From the human T2T-CHM13v2.0 reference genome, Homo sapiens, in the NCBI RefSeq assembly GCF_009914755.1, contig NC_060935.1: a stretch of DNA of 64,000 nucleotides. One strand, written 5' to 3'. A model generated the notes under the pieces. That model saw only the letters and a list, made by a program, of their open reading frames with translations. It was not told the origin of the DNA and searched no databases. This document shows, piece after piece, positions 1-11,600 of the stretch (positions are counted from its first letter, which is position 1; each line of letters opens with the position of its first letter). The translations under genes were made by a program, and so were the position numbers.

Positions 1-3000
1 TTCTGACGCAGTGAGTGAGCGGGACAAGGTGAAATTCACTGTTCAAACAAAGGTGAGGCAGTGCGGGGCACGAGGAAAGGTCCTGGTGGCTGCCCGCAGG
101 AGGCCTCCCCCAGGGGTGGTAGGCATGTGCCAACACAGCCTGTGGGCACTCTTCCTCCACCTGGCACTTGCCCTCAGCCCCTCCTGGAAAGTGAGCCTCT
201 TAGCTCTGCCTAAGGCCCCGAGTCCTAATCATTCCTGTCCACCATTCTAAATGAAATCATGCACACCTGAGCTCTAACTTTGTCCTCCCTGGGATGTGGG
301 ATGAGGGGGGCCCAAAAGTGCATGCCCAGACTTGCTGAGGCAGGGCTTGGGGCAGAGAGAGGACCTCAGTTGGCCTTCCCGCTTCCAGAGCTGCCTCCCT
401 CACTTCGCCCAGACCGAGTTCTCAGTCGTGCGGCAGCACGAGGAGTTCATCTGGCTGCATGATGCCTACGTGGAGAATGAGGAGTACGCCGGCCTCATCG
501 TGAGGAGGGGCTGGGCAGGGGCTGGGAGGGACAGGCAGAGCACTTGGGTGAGGACCAAAGGCTGTGATGGCCGTCTCGGCAGTGAGAGGCCTCCCAGCTC
601 CGTCCCTCCTTTGAGCAGATCCCCCCAGCCCCTCCGAGGCCAGACTTTGAGGCTTCGAGGGAAAAGCTACAGAAATTGGGCGAGGGGGACAGCTCTGTCA
701 CTCGGGAAGAGTTTGCCAAGATGAAGCAGGAGCTGGAAGCGTGAGTGCCCCCTCCTTTCCCTGCCATCCCCAGAGTCCAGATGTCTTCCCCAGCTATCTC
801 CCCATGAATGTTTAGCAACCCTGACCTCTGACCCCAGAAAGGGGGCAGGCAGGATGATGGGGGCTGAGGAGGGCCGGTGAGCTGCTGCCACTCTCGCAGG
901 GAGTACCTGGCCATCTTTAAGAAGACAGTTGCGATGCACGAAGTCTTTCTGCAGCGCCTGGCGGCCCACCCCACCCTGCGTCGAGACCACAACTTCTTTG
1001 TGTTTTTGGAATATGGACAGGATGTGAGCTGGGCCGAATCCCTGGGGTCACCCTTGGGCCAGGAGTCTACCTTGGGTGGGGAGGCACCCAGGGGTGGCAG
1101 GGCTGGAGAAGGGGCCCAAGTGGGCCCAATCCTGTGTCACAGCTCCGTGAGTGGCTTGCAACTTGGGGTGGGAGGTGAGAACGCCCACCCCAGCATCATA
1201 CCCTCCCTGTGTGCCTCAGCTGAGTGTCCGGGGGAAGAACAGGAAGGAGCTCCTCGGAGGGTTTCTGAGGAATATTGTGAAGTCCGCGGATGAAGCCCTC
1301 ATCACGGGCATGTCAGGGCTCAAGGTAACCCCTGGTGCTCCTCTCCGGATTCAACCCAGCACCTCAAGTCCACAGCACAGATTGAGGCCCAGGCTGGGTG
1401 TGGGAAGGAAGCCACTGGTGGGGCCTGGCCTGGTTTGGAAGGAGATTTTGCCAACCCTGGGTGCCTGTGTTGTCAAGCCCCGTGGTGACCCAGTGTAAAT
1501 GGGGTCCTGCCTGGCTCCCTTAGGAGGTGGATGACTTCTTTGAGCATGAGAGGACCTTCCTGTTGGAGTATCACACCCGTATCCGAGATGCCTGCCTGCG
1601 GGCCGACCGCGTCATGCGCGCCCACAAGTGTACGCAGGGCCCAAGGGGTCCTGGATCCCCCTGCCCCTCTCCCCAGCGGTTCAACTCCTTGGGGGAGAGA
1701 AGAGAGCAGGGCGTGCCTTGTTGTTTGTCTGTGGCCACAAGCACCAAGGCTTGACATGCAGATGTAGGGGCTCTGATGGGGGCTGTTCCCCAACAGGCCT
1801 GGCAGACGATTATATCCCTATCTCAGCTGCGCTGAGCAGTCTGGGAACACAGGAAGTCAACCAGCTAAGGACGTGAGGACTCCCCCCACCCCTACCCTCT
1901 CCCTGTGCCTGTAATACCATGTCTTCCCATGAGGGGTCACTCTGTAGATGTCTACTGTCAGCTCTAGGTGGGAGGTGTAGGCTCTCCTGTTGGGGGATGG
2001 TGTTGGGAAGGAAAGGGGAGAGGGAGATTCCCAAGGAGAGGCTGAGACAGAGAGGCTTTGAGCTGTTCCTCAGCCCCCTACCCTAACTCCCTCCCTACTG
2101 CTTCCTAGGAGCTTCCTCAAATTGGCAGAGCTCTTTGAACGGCTGAGGGTGAGTACTGCCTTCTGTGCTCAAAGGCTTTCCTGGTGAGCTTTGCAGGGAA
2201 GATGAGTCCTGGCAGAGGGAAGAGCTCCAGGATCATCTTGGGTTCAGTGATAACTTGGGCCCAGTGGCAAGTTGGGCTTACACTCCAGACTAGTTTAACA
2301 AAAGGTGGGGTGAAGACAAGGATCCAGCTTCGTGTGTGTGTTGGGGGGTGCAGGGGCATGCACATGTATGCACGTGTGCAGCAGCGGAGGGTTGGGAGGC
2401 ACAAGGGTGTGCCCAAACCTCTGGCAGGCTGCACCCAGCTGCCAGCACACTGCCCGGGCACACATGTTCCCCACTCTTCCCTAAGAAAGTCACTGGAGTG
2501 TTGCCATCTTCCTAAAATGTCTATTGGACCGCATCTCTTCCCTGCTCAAGGCCCTTCAGAGACCCTGCCCCTTCTGGAAGCTCCTAAAGTCCTGAGCTTC
2601 CACTTTCAGCCTCTTGTGCTCCAGCCACTGCCTCCCTCCCCTGCTTTGCCCAAGTGCCCTCCCTGAACTAAAGTTTCCCTGAACACATAGCCGGGCTTGC
2701 ACAGCTGCCAAGCCCTCAGCGCCCTCTGTCCAGCTCTTACTCAGTCCCCGAGATCCAGACTAGATCCCACTTCCTCTGTGAAGCCTTCCCTGGCCTGCAC
2801 CCCTCAACACCAGACCTGACCTGGAACAGTTACCTAAGGCTTCTTTGCTGGATATTTAGATGAAGAGGTGCCTCCCACCCCTTAGCTGCCCCTCTGACAA
2901 GCTCCCTTCCCAGTGCCCACCTTTCTGATGCAGAAGCTGGAGGGCCGGGTGGCTTCCGATGAGGACCTGAAGCTGTCAGACATGCTGAGGTACTACATGC

Positions 3001-3804
3001 GTGACTCACAGGCAGCCAAGGTGAGAGGCAGCCCCAGCGCAGCGCTCAGGCCCGGATGCCAGGACAGGGCAGCAGTGACCCTGTGCCCATGGTCCTAGGA
3101 CCTGCTGTACCGGCGGCTGCGGGCACTGGCCGACTACGAGAATGCCAACAAGGCGCTGGACAAGGCGCGCACCAGGAACCGGGAGGTGCGGCCCGCCGAG
3201 AGCCACCAGCAGCTGTGCTGCCAACGCTTCGAGCGCCTCTCCGACTCCGCCAAGCAAGGTGAGCCCGCAGCCCCCAGCCCCAGCCTGGGGCCACATGCCC
3301 TGCCCTGCCCGGATCCCCATGCCTCTTCCCCTCCTCTCCAGAGCTCATGGACTTCAAGTCCCGCCGGGTCTCCTCTTTTCGAAAGAATCTCATTGAGCTG
3401 GCAGAGCTGGAGCTCAAACACGCCAAGGTGAGCCCTCCCACCTCACTGGGCCCTTGTGAAGCCTCCCACCTCCCACCTCCCTCCCTCCCCCAGGCACCAG
3501 GGTGTGCGTGCATGTGAGGGTGTGCACGCATGTATGCGCGTGTGTGTGCATGAGAGGAGCCCCAGCTAAGGCTTGGGGCCATGCTTCCCTGGCTCAGGAC
3601 CCGTGCCTTCTGGGTAGGAAGGCCCAATTAACAGCAGCTGTTATTGCAGAGAGCAGGGGTGTGGGGAGCGAGGGAGCATCTAAGGTGCAGAAAGAATGGC
3701 AGCCTGACTCAGGGAGCAGGGGACTTCAAGGACCTGTTTCTCCTCTGCAGGCCAGCACCCTGATTCTCCGGAACACCCTTGTTGCCCTAAAGGGGGAGCC
3801 TTAG
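1..3804 (+). CDS. SNX32: Sorting nexin 32 (SNX-BAR, SNX5/6-like), 5'-truncated by window edge
   Basis: GT-AG exons 1-52, 389-499, 619-740, 900-1023, 1220-1324, 1524-1629, 1797-1872, 2109-2148, 2934-3020, 3099-3258, 3342-3427, 3751-3804 (TAG). They join in frame: [42 protein letters not shown]...[10 protein letters not shown] (PX domain), then BAR-domain helices, ending LVALKGEP. Confidence 0.96.
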
Positions 3805-4145
3805 AGTAGCCAGAGCTCAGCCAGACCCTAATCTGGGATCTCCAGTGACCAGGGTATCCCAGACCCCTCTCTCCGGCAAGATGTCTCCTTCCCTAGCAGT
3901 GCCACTAGCCACACCCTCACTCTGCCCCACATCCTCTCAGGGAAAGCCCAAACCCCCTATCACCACCACCACAGGTGCCAGGCCCTGCAAGACACAGGGC
4001 AGCATGGGCATCATAACTGGCCACAGTCAGCAGAGCCCCAGGGACCCTGACACCCCTCCCCAGGAAGCTGAGGAACAGCCTCTACCCTCACCCATAGCCC
4101 TGAAGGAATCATAGCTCACTTGATCCCGGCCTGTTCTCCTTCGCA

Positions 4146-4151
4146 AATAAA
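4146..4151 (+). terminator. SNX32 polyadenylation signal AATAAA
   Basis: AATAAA about 340 nt after the stop codon, followed by GT/T-rich sequence. Confidence 0.8.
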
Positions 4152-5283
4152 AACCCTGGTTTTGTAGCAAGGAGGCCTGTTGTCCTTACTTCCCTTCCCA
4201 CAGCTCAAAGGTCCACCAGGCACACTTTCTGCCAAGGCAGTATGATCAGATCCTGGAGACACCAAGGAGGGCACCCCTGCAGCATCCTCAGCCCCCTCTC
4301 TCCAGTGACAGCAGGCTCCCTGTGGGAAGGCGCGACACCCAGAAGCTGGGACCTAGGAACCCCAGAAGTCTTCCAGGTTTGCCCCTACCCCCATAAACCC
4401 TAGCACAAAAATGAATCCCAAGTTCTCCACACCTATTTCCTAACCAGAAAAGGGATCTAGCCCTTCCTCCCAGAACCGCTCACAAGCTCCCAGGAGTTAT
4501 GGAGCCAACTGTAACACCAGGAGGACTCTTCCTCAGTTCAGTTGATAAGGGAAATATAGATGCCACATTACCACTCCCAGTTCACCTCACCCTAGGGCCA
4601 GATTTCTTGTATGTCTTTGCCTGCTGGGCAGGAAAAAGCCCAAAGTACAGGCTGGAAACAGCCCTTGACAATGCTGGCAAAAGGCTCAGGGTACCGGCAA
4701 CACCCTTTTGGTTAAACACAGGGAGGCAGTGCTCAAGACACCGGGGTCTGAAGTCCCGGGCTCCACCTGGCTGGCCCCACCCTGAATGCACTCCAGCCAC
4801 ATCTAGAGGAGGTCAAAGGCTCAACTTGGCCTGACTCACAGCAGCCACTGAACCTGACCCTCATAAACTTGAGTCAGCCATCCAGGGAAGACAGCAGACC
4901 AAACAGAACCTTTGAGCTACCTCTGACTTGCCTATCAGCCCACACCTAGAAAGGGACAGAACAGAATATCAGATGGACCTCACTGTCCATCCAGACAAGG
5001 CTACAGAGCACCCAGTTCAGGCATAAATCACTTCCGCTGGAAGACCCCTGTAGCCAGCACCCACTCCTTAAACAGCCAGTCCAGTGTCAATCACAGCACC
5101 AACAGAATAATGGTGACCATCAGAAAGGCGTCTCAGCCAGTCATTGGAGCCAGATAAGGGTGTGCAGGGGCTGGTTGGGTGTGGAGTACAGAGGAGAGAG
5201 ATAGCACCATTATCCCAGTGCACCCCCAATCCTGAAGTCTCCTGTGTCCCAACCTTGAAAAACACATCCCATTAATGAGCCTT

Positions 5284-5289
5284 TTTATT
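5284..5289 (-). terminator. CFL1 polyadenylation signal AATAAA
   Basis: TTTATT on the + strand about 520 nt beyond the stop. A variant TATAAA lies at 5412-5417 (-). Confidence 0.8.
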
Positions 5290-5806
5290 ATTGTCTTTTT
5301 TTTTTTTAATCGAAGGTCCCTTACTGGTCCTGCTTCCATGAGTAGCCGTGACCAGGGGAAAAGGGAGAGGAACCAGCCGGCACAGGGAGGGGTCATCTCC
5401 ACAACATTCCATTTATACACAGAACTAAACAGACAAGCACAGAGTCACTATTGCGGTTAGAAGTTGGCAGCATGGGAAGGGGGAGGACCAGGTGGGGAAT
5501 GGGGATGTTGTTAAAAAAAATACAGGCTCCCCCACAACTGGGGTGCCTGGGGGGAACTTGGTCTGCTTCAGCCCAAGAGGAATCAAAAGATCAAAAGCAG
5601 TTTGGGAAGGCCAGAACCGTCAAGGGATGGAGGGAGAAGGAAAATCCAGGGGGTGGGGGGTCTGTTTGGCAACTGGGGTGAAGGGATTGCCCTCCCCCTG
5701 CTGGGATCCCCCCAGCCCCTCCGGTCTGGCAGGAAGGGGGCAGCCTGCAACCCCCAAGGGCAGGTGTGGGGCTGCCAGATGCTCCAGGCAGGGGGCCAGA
5801 AGGGGC

Positions 5807-8570
5807 TCACAAAGGCTTGCCCTCCAGGGAGATGACGGCACTGCCCCCCAGCTTCTCTGCCAGGGTGCAGCGGTCCTTGACCTCCTCGTAGCAGTTTGCT
5901 TGCAATTCATGCTTGATTCCTATAAAGAAGAAAGGGGAGCATCTGTGAGCAGGAAGCACTGGGGTGGGGGTAGTTTCTGTGGCTGGGAAGGAGCCAATCA
6001 AAGCAGATGGAAGGAACAAGCAGGCAGCGAAGACAAGGGGGCAGACCCCCTCTGCGTGCCATTCACCCTGCCCTGCAGCCAAGGCCAGAGCAGAAGGGCA
6101 CTCAGCACCAATGCTGGCCCTTACCTGTCAGCTTCTTCTTGATGGCGTCCTTGGAGCTGGCATAAATCATTTTGCTCTTAAGGGGCGCAGACTCGGGGGC
6201 CCTGGACAGAAACACGCGTCAGGCAACTCCCAGCAACAGCAAAGCCACAGGTGACTTTGAGAAACCCTTGGGCTGGCAGTGAGGAGTCTTTTGTTACAAC
6301 CCCCTCCCCCTCCAAACCCACACATCTGGGTTGACCAGGAGCCACAAAAGTTCCCATCATGAGAAAGGGGGCAGGTGACAGGAAGAAGTGCCAGAATGAG
6401 CTCACCAGAAGATAAACACCAGATCCTCCTTCTTGCTCTCCTTGGTCTCATAGGTTGCATCATAGAGGGCATAGCGGCAGTCCTTATCTGGCAGCATCTT
6501 GACAAAGGTGGCGTAGGGATCGTCGACAGTCTGGCCCACATCGCCCACCAGGATCTCCTTGCCCTCCTCCAGGATGATGTTCTTCTTGTCCTCACTCAGG
6601 CAGAAGAGCACCGCCTTCTTGCGCTTCTTCACCTCCTCTGGCGTTGAAGACTTACGCACCTTCATGTCGTTGAACACCTTGATGACACCATCAGAGACAG
6701 CCACACCGGAGGCCTAGGAGACATGCCACGTATACGTCAAGAAAAGGATTCTAGGGAACTGCCCCTTGTTTTTTCAGAAGATCTCAGTCCACGTCCCGAG
6801 TGGTCACTAGTGCCCTTCCCAAGGCAAGTCACTAGTTTTCCCACCCAAGTCACTGTCAAAGAACCAGATGGGACACAACCTCAGAATGGCAGCCATGGCC
6901 TCTGATCACCTAGTTCAACAACCCCTTCCCTCATTTTACAGGATAGAAATGCAAAACTCGTGAAAAGCAGAACCTTGACCAAAATGTGAACCCAGAATTA
7001 AAAGATCCACCGGCTACTGACTCACTTGCTACTCACAGTACTTGCTCTCAGCCTTTGGATAAAACTGGTGATTTAGAACTTCGGATATGGAGGACCCAAA
7101 CACCTGAGCCAAGACTCCTCTTCAGAAAGAGCCAAGACCCCACAATGCTAGATGGGACCCCAAGGACACCGAACAGTTACAACAAACCCACCAGAACTGC
7201 TTAATACAGTTACTACACAAACGACCCCTGTTCCCAGCTAGGCTCTTTCCCAACCAAGACAAGAATTGCAACCCCCATTAAGGACCCTGCCCGACAACTC
7301 CCTTCTTCCGGGAATGGTGCTAGGCCCCAGAAGTCGCTGATAAAAATTAACATGCCAAACTCAAGTGCCCAGAGGCCTCGAGGTCTTTAAACTCTTCCTA
7401 CTCTGCGTCGTGCTTCGGGGTGCCCGAGCCAGGAGAGGGAGGGGCAATCCAAGGTAAATCTGGTCCCCCAAACTCCCCGGAACTGCAGAGGAAGCCGGCC
7501 ACGTGACTCGGCCGCATCCGGAGTGGGCGGGGACAGGAGATCGGCTGGGCCCGGCCCCCTCCCCAATGCAGAAACGCGTATCCGAGAGGCAGCAGCATCT
7601 CCAGGTCCCTAACCCTGTGGAATCGCCCTAAAACAACGGGTGTATCAGACCCATCTCCTGCAGGCAGGAGCCTGGGCAAGCTACATAACCTTCGGTTTTC
7701 TCAGCCCTCGGGCCGTATACAGGGGGCGGGGTGGTTTCCGGGCGGTGCCCGCCTGGGTCACTTCCCTAAACTCGGCTCCACCCTCACTCAGGCCCATCCG
7801 GGAAGGCCTCGCTGGCCCAGGGCTTCGGCACCGGCGGCCGGGCCTGAGCGTGCGCGCACGCGCCGACAGACAGCGCCGTTCCAGCCCTCGCCCGATGCAC
7901 GGGTGAGAACGCAGCTCGTTAGATGCGCTCCCGCACGGGCCGCGGTCTCTGCGATGCCCCCTCCAAGCCTTGCGGTGCAAGGCCTTAATCGCAGGCACCC
8001 ACGCCCCAACCGGGACCCCGTCTTCCCAGCATCACCCCTCGCCGCGCCAGCACCCGCCCCTCCCGGGCGCAGGCATCCCTGCCACCTGCTCCCGAGACGG
8101 ACCCGGCTGCCGAGGGAGGGTGACGCGCAGACAGGAACAGCCTTGGGTGGGGCGCGCGCGCCGAGACCTCTCGCGCGCTTTTTCCTCGCCACCCCCGGGC
8201 CGGGTTTGGACGCCGCATGCTCCAGTCGAGAGCGCGGCCCTAAGAAGAAAGGCGCGACGCCGGCCGTTCCGCGAGGGGCGCCCCAGCGCGCGCCCCGAAC
8301 CCCTCCCCCCGCGGCCGGTGTCCGCGCGGGCGCACCAGCGGGTGGGGGAGGGGAGCCCAGGCGGAGCGCGAGCGACGTCCAGACCGGCCCTCCCCGGCGC
8401 CCACGGGCGCGCACGCGCATTCCGGCACCGCCCGCCCCTTCGTGCGAGACCCTCATCCCGCCCGGGGCGCTGGGGGAGGGGGTGCGGACGTCGCTCCCCA
8501 GTCGCTTCCCGCGCGCAGGCGACCGACCCGCAGCCGCCTCCCTCAGGCGCCGTGGCCTGCCGCTCACCAT
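5807..8570 (-). CDS. CFL1: Cofilin-1 (166 aa)
   Basis: Exons 8570-8568 (ATG only), 6713-6406, 6201-6125, 5919-5807 = 501 nt. [45 protein letters not shown]...[36 protein letters not shown]...SLEGKPL. Confidence 0.99.
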
Positions 8571-8950
8571 GTTTCCGGAAACGAAAAGGAGAGGGCACCG
8601 AGAGCCGCAGAAGACGAGAGCGCTGCAGCCGCTGCCGGGACCCGACTGAACGCGGCCTCTCCCGGCCCCTTCCGTTTAGTAGGAGCCGCACAATGAGGGG
8701 TGGGGCGGGCTTCCGGCGCTCCCACCGCGAGCCGACGGGAAATGGAGTCCGCTGGCCCTGCGCCGCCGCCTCGCTCGCTGGGTAACGGAGTCTTCCCGCC
8801 GGCCGGCTCCGAGCTGCAGTGCATGTAGGGAAATGTAGGCCCAGGTCCTGGGCGGCACCGCAGCGCGCAGCGCGAGCCCATTGGTCCAATTTCCCAGGAA
8901 CCGCTCTGAGCCCGGCGAGGCGGCGCTCAGTAAAATGACCCGAAAACGAT
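7380..8950 (-). promoter_or_regulatory. CFL1 CpG-island promoter / exon 1 / intron 1
   Basis: Very CpG-dense. GC box near 8702, ETS-like CCGGAA motifs, double CCAAT at 8880-8890, E-box CACGTGAC at 7500-7507. Confidence 0.85.
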
Positions 8951-9899
8951 CCCCGACTAAGCGGCTCTTTATCCCACAGCAAAACGGCTTTCTTAAGACC
9001 CATCTGGTATTATCTGGATCCCTTGGCCTGAAATTTTTGAGTGAGGTTAGGGTTTTGCATTTCTGAATCGAAGCAACTATTGATTAGCCTGGAATCCCGA
9101 CCTAAAGCAAAGGAAATCACAAGTATGAAGGCGTCGTCAGTCGGATAAACACTAGTACTCTGCATGTGTAAAGCCACTCTCGTCTCCTGAAAAAAGGCCA
9201 TGTCCAACGTCAGTAAAACAAGAATAGGAGGAAAAGGCACAGGGGAAAGGTACAAGGAAATCTCTGAGAGCTTTGTTCTTGTTTAAAGATGTTTGGCAAA
9301 GTCATGAGGCGTTAAAGGGTAAAGACGAGGGTTTGTGCATTCAATTCAAGGCTTCTTTACATGCCTTTACGTGCCAATGAGAAGAAATAGATATTAAACC
9401 AGACTTGAACCCAGCTCTCGAGTTGATAGCCAGGTACATGGTTATTCTAACATCCGAAAAACTGAGACAAGTTCTGTGGTAGTATATGCCTTAAAAAAAA
9501 AAAGAAACGAGCGGGGGACTCCGGGATGATTTTGTTGTCCTAGAACAGTGACCACAGCCTCACACTCTGCAGGAAAAGACTGGGTCGCAAACAAGTCAGA
9601 GGCAAACCCAGAAAGGGAACTGGGGGCCCTAATCCTATAAACGGAATTAAGGGTGTAAACGGAGAGCGATGCCTGGGAGTGGGGTACCTTGCAGAGCATA
9701 CCGGGGGTTGTAGTCGGGGACATTCCACAGCACCGCCCCCGCCCGGACTCCCGGCGCTCCAGGTGGAGACAGCAGCTTGACCCCGCCTCCCGCGAGCGAC
9801 CCTACATGAATATGAGGCTAGCGCCCCCTTTTCTGAGCCTTAGAGTTTCCAAGAGCAACGGGGAGAGAGAGGGGGGCTTCGCAGTTACCCTGGAGACGC

Positions 9900-10110
9900 G
9901 CTCTCGCCCGCCCCCAGCCGCGGGATGCCCTAGATGTCCTTATTAGGACAAGAGACTCGAGGGGGCGGGGCCAGCCCGACAGCCGGCTTGAGGCTCCTTA
10001 TAAGGCCGCGGCGGGCGGGAGGCGGGAGCCGGAGCCCATTGGTCCAATTTAGCTTGGCTGGGGCTACTGCGCCGTGGGCTAGGCACAGTCCTGAGGGGCG
10101 GGACTGGAGC
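9900..10110. promoter_or_regulatory. SRF (2x CArG) / GC-box / double-CCAAT module between CFL1 and MUS81
   Basis: CCTTATTAGG 9938-9947 and CCTTATAAGG 9996-10005, both perfect CC(A/T)6GG. GGGGCGGGGC 9962-9971. ATTGGTCCAAT 10038-10048. Confidence 0.8.
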
Positions 10111-10799
10111 TCTGGCGCCCACCTCTCCCTTCCTCGCAGGCTGGAGACCTGCGTGTTGCGACTTCCGGCATAGCAGCTAGAGGCCGGGTGCTGCTTCAAA
10201 CCCTGGCGGGTCGCCTGTGTCCAACTCAGCTATACGTGTCTTTCAGGCTTCTCAGGTTGAAGCCCTTTGTAGGGTTTCCATCTTCAACCTCCCTGAGGGT
10301 CTCCCACTTCCGATTAGCCACAAAAATGACGAAGTGTTCTCCCCTCTACCTGTGTCTGGGCTTCTTAACCCGCAGCCTGCTCCTCCGCTCCCAAACCCAA
10401 CCGCGTGCCCATCTCAGGCCTCCCCAACTGCCAGGATGCCCAAGCACCTCTTACTTACAGTCCTCCTTCCTCTAGGCCTCTGACCCCCGACATTCCGAGT
10501 TCTATTTTGGGCCTTCTCGGCACGTCCCCGACTTCCTCTCCACCACACACTCTTTGCCCTGTATCCCGGGGATGAGGATCACCATTTCCTCCAAGGGTCC
10601 TGCAGCTCCTCCTGCCTTACCTTTGTGTCCTCATCCCCGGCACCCATTTCTGGGTGTCCCTCCCACCAATACGTTTGCACCCGTTTGTCTCCTAGCCCCC
10701 GCCTCTCCTGGACTCTTTTCAAGACCAGTCTCCATCTCCAGCCTCCTTCAAGCTTGAGGCTGAAGCTGACAATCTTAAGAGACCTTAGAGCCGCCAAGC

Positions 10800-11600
10800 T
10801 CAGGTTAGTCCGTTAAGCGCCGCCCAGCCAGTCCTCCCCGTCACAGGGGGCGCTGTCCGCCTTCCTCTCGCCTACACAAAGACCCCGCTCTCGAATCTGG
10901 GGTGACAGGAAGGAGCCGGTCCAGGCTCCGGGGGCTGGGAAAGGGCGCGTCTCAAAGGCTGGCTGGAGTGGAGCCAAGGGAAAAGATCGTTAGAGACAGC
11001 GCCCCTGACCAACCACTTAGAGCAGCGCAGGGGTGGGAGGGCGGCCGCAGGCTCTCCTCTCGTTAGTGCCCCCTGTGTTTGGGGCCCCGTGATCTCAACG
11101 GTCCTGCCCTCGGTCTCCCTCTTCCCCCGCCCCGCCCTGGGCCAGGTGTTCGAATCCCGACTCCAGAACTGGCGGCGTCCCAGTCCCGCGGGCGTGGAGC
11201 GCCGGAGGACCCGCCCTCGGGCTCATGGCGGCCCCGGTCCGCCTGGGCCGGAAGCGCCCGCTGCCTGCCTGTCCCAACCCGCTCTTCGTTCGCTGGCTGA
11301 CCGAGTGGCGGGACGAGGCGACCCGCAGCAGGCACCGCACGCGCTTCGTATTTCAGAAGGTGGGTCCTGGCGTGGCCCGATGGGAAAAGCTGCTGGCCAG
11401 GTCAGGCCTGCCCTGACCAGGTACCCTACCCCTGCCCGGCCAGGCGCTGCGTTCCCTCCGACGGTACCCACTGCCGCTGCGCAGCGGGAAGGAAGCTAAG
11501 ATCCTACAGCACTTCGGAGACGGGCTCTGCCGGATGCTGGACGAGCGGCTGCAGCGGCACCGAACATCGGGCGGTGAGCGCCTCGGAAAGGGGTCGGTGA
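10800..11600 (+). promoter_or_regulatory. MUS81 CpG-island promoter / 5' region
   Basis: CpG-rich region around and upstream of ATG 11225, with GC boxes; divergent from CFL1. Confidence 0.75.

Noticed and set aside
7788-9003. Long overlapping ORFs (248-323 aa) on both strands over the CFL1 promoter
   Set aside because: Pro/Arg/Ala/Gly-rich low-complexity products typical of stop-poor CpG islands. The 7788-8570 ORF is just CFL1 intron-1 read-through.
10838-10855. CTCF-like GTCACAGGGGGCGCTG upstream of MUS81
   Set aside because: Lacks the conserved 5' CC of the core; too weak to call without ChIP data.
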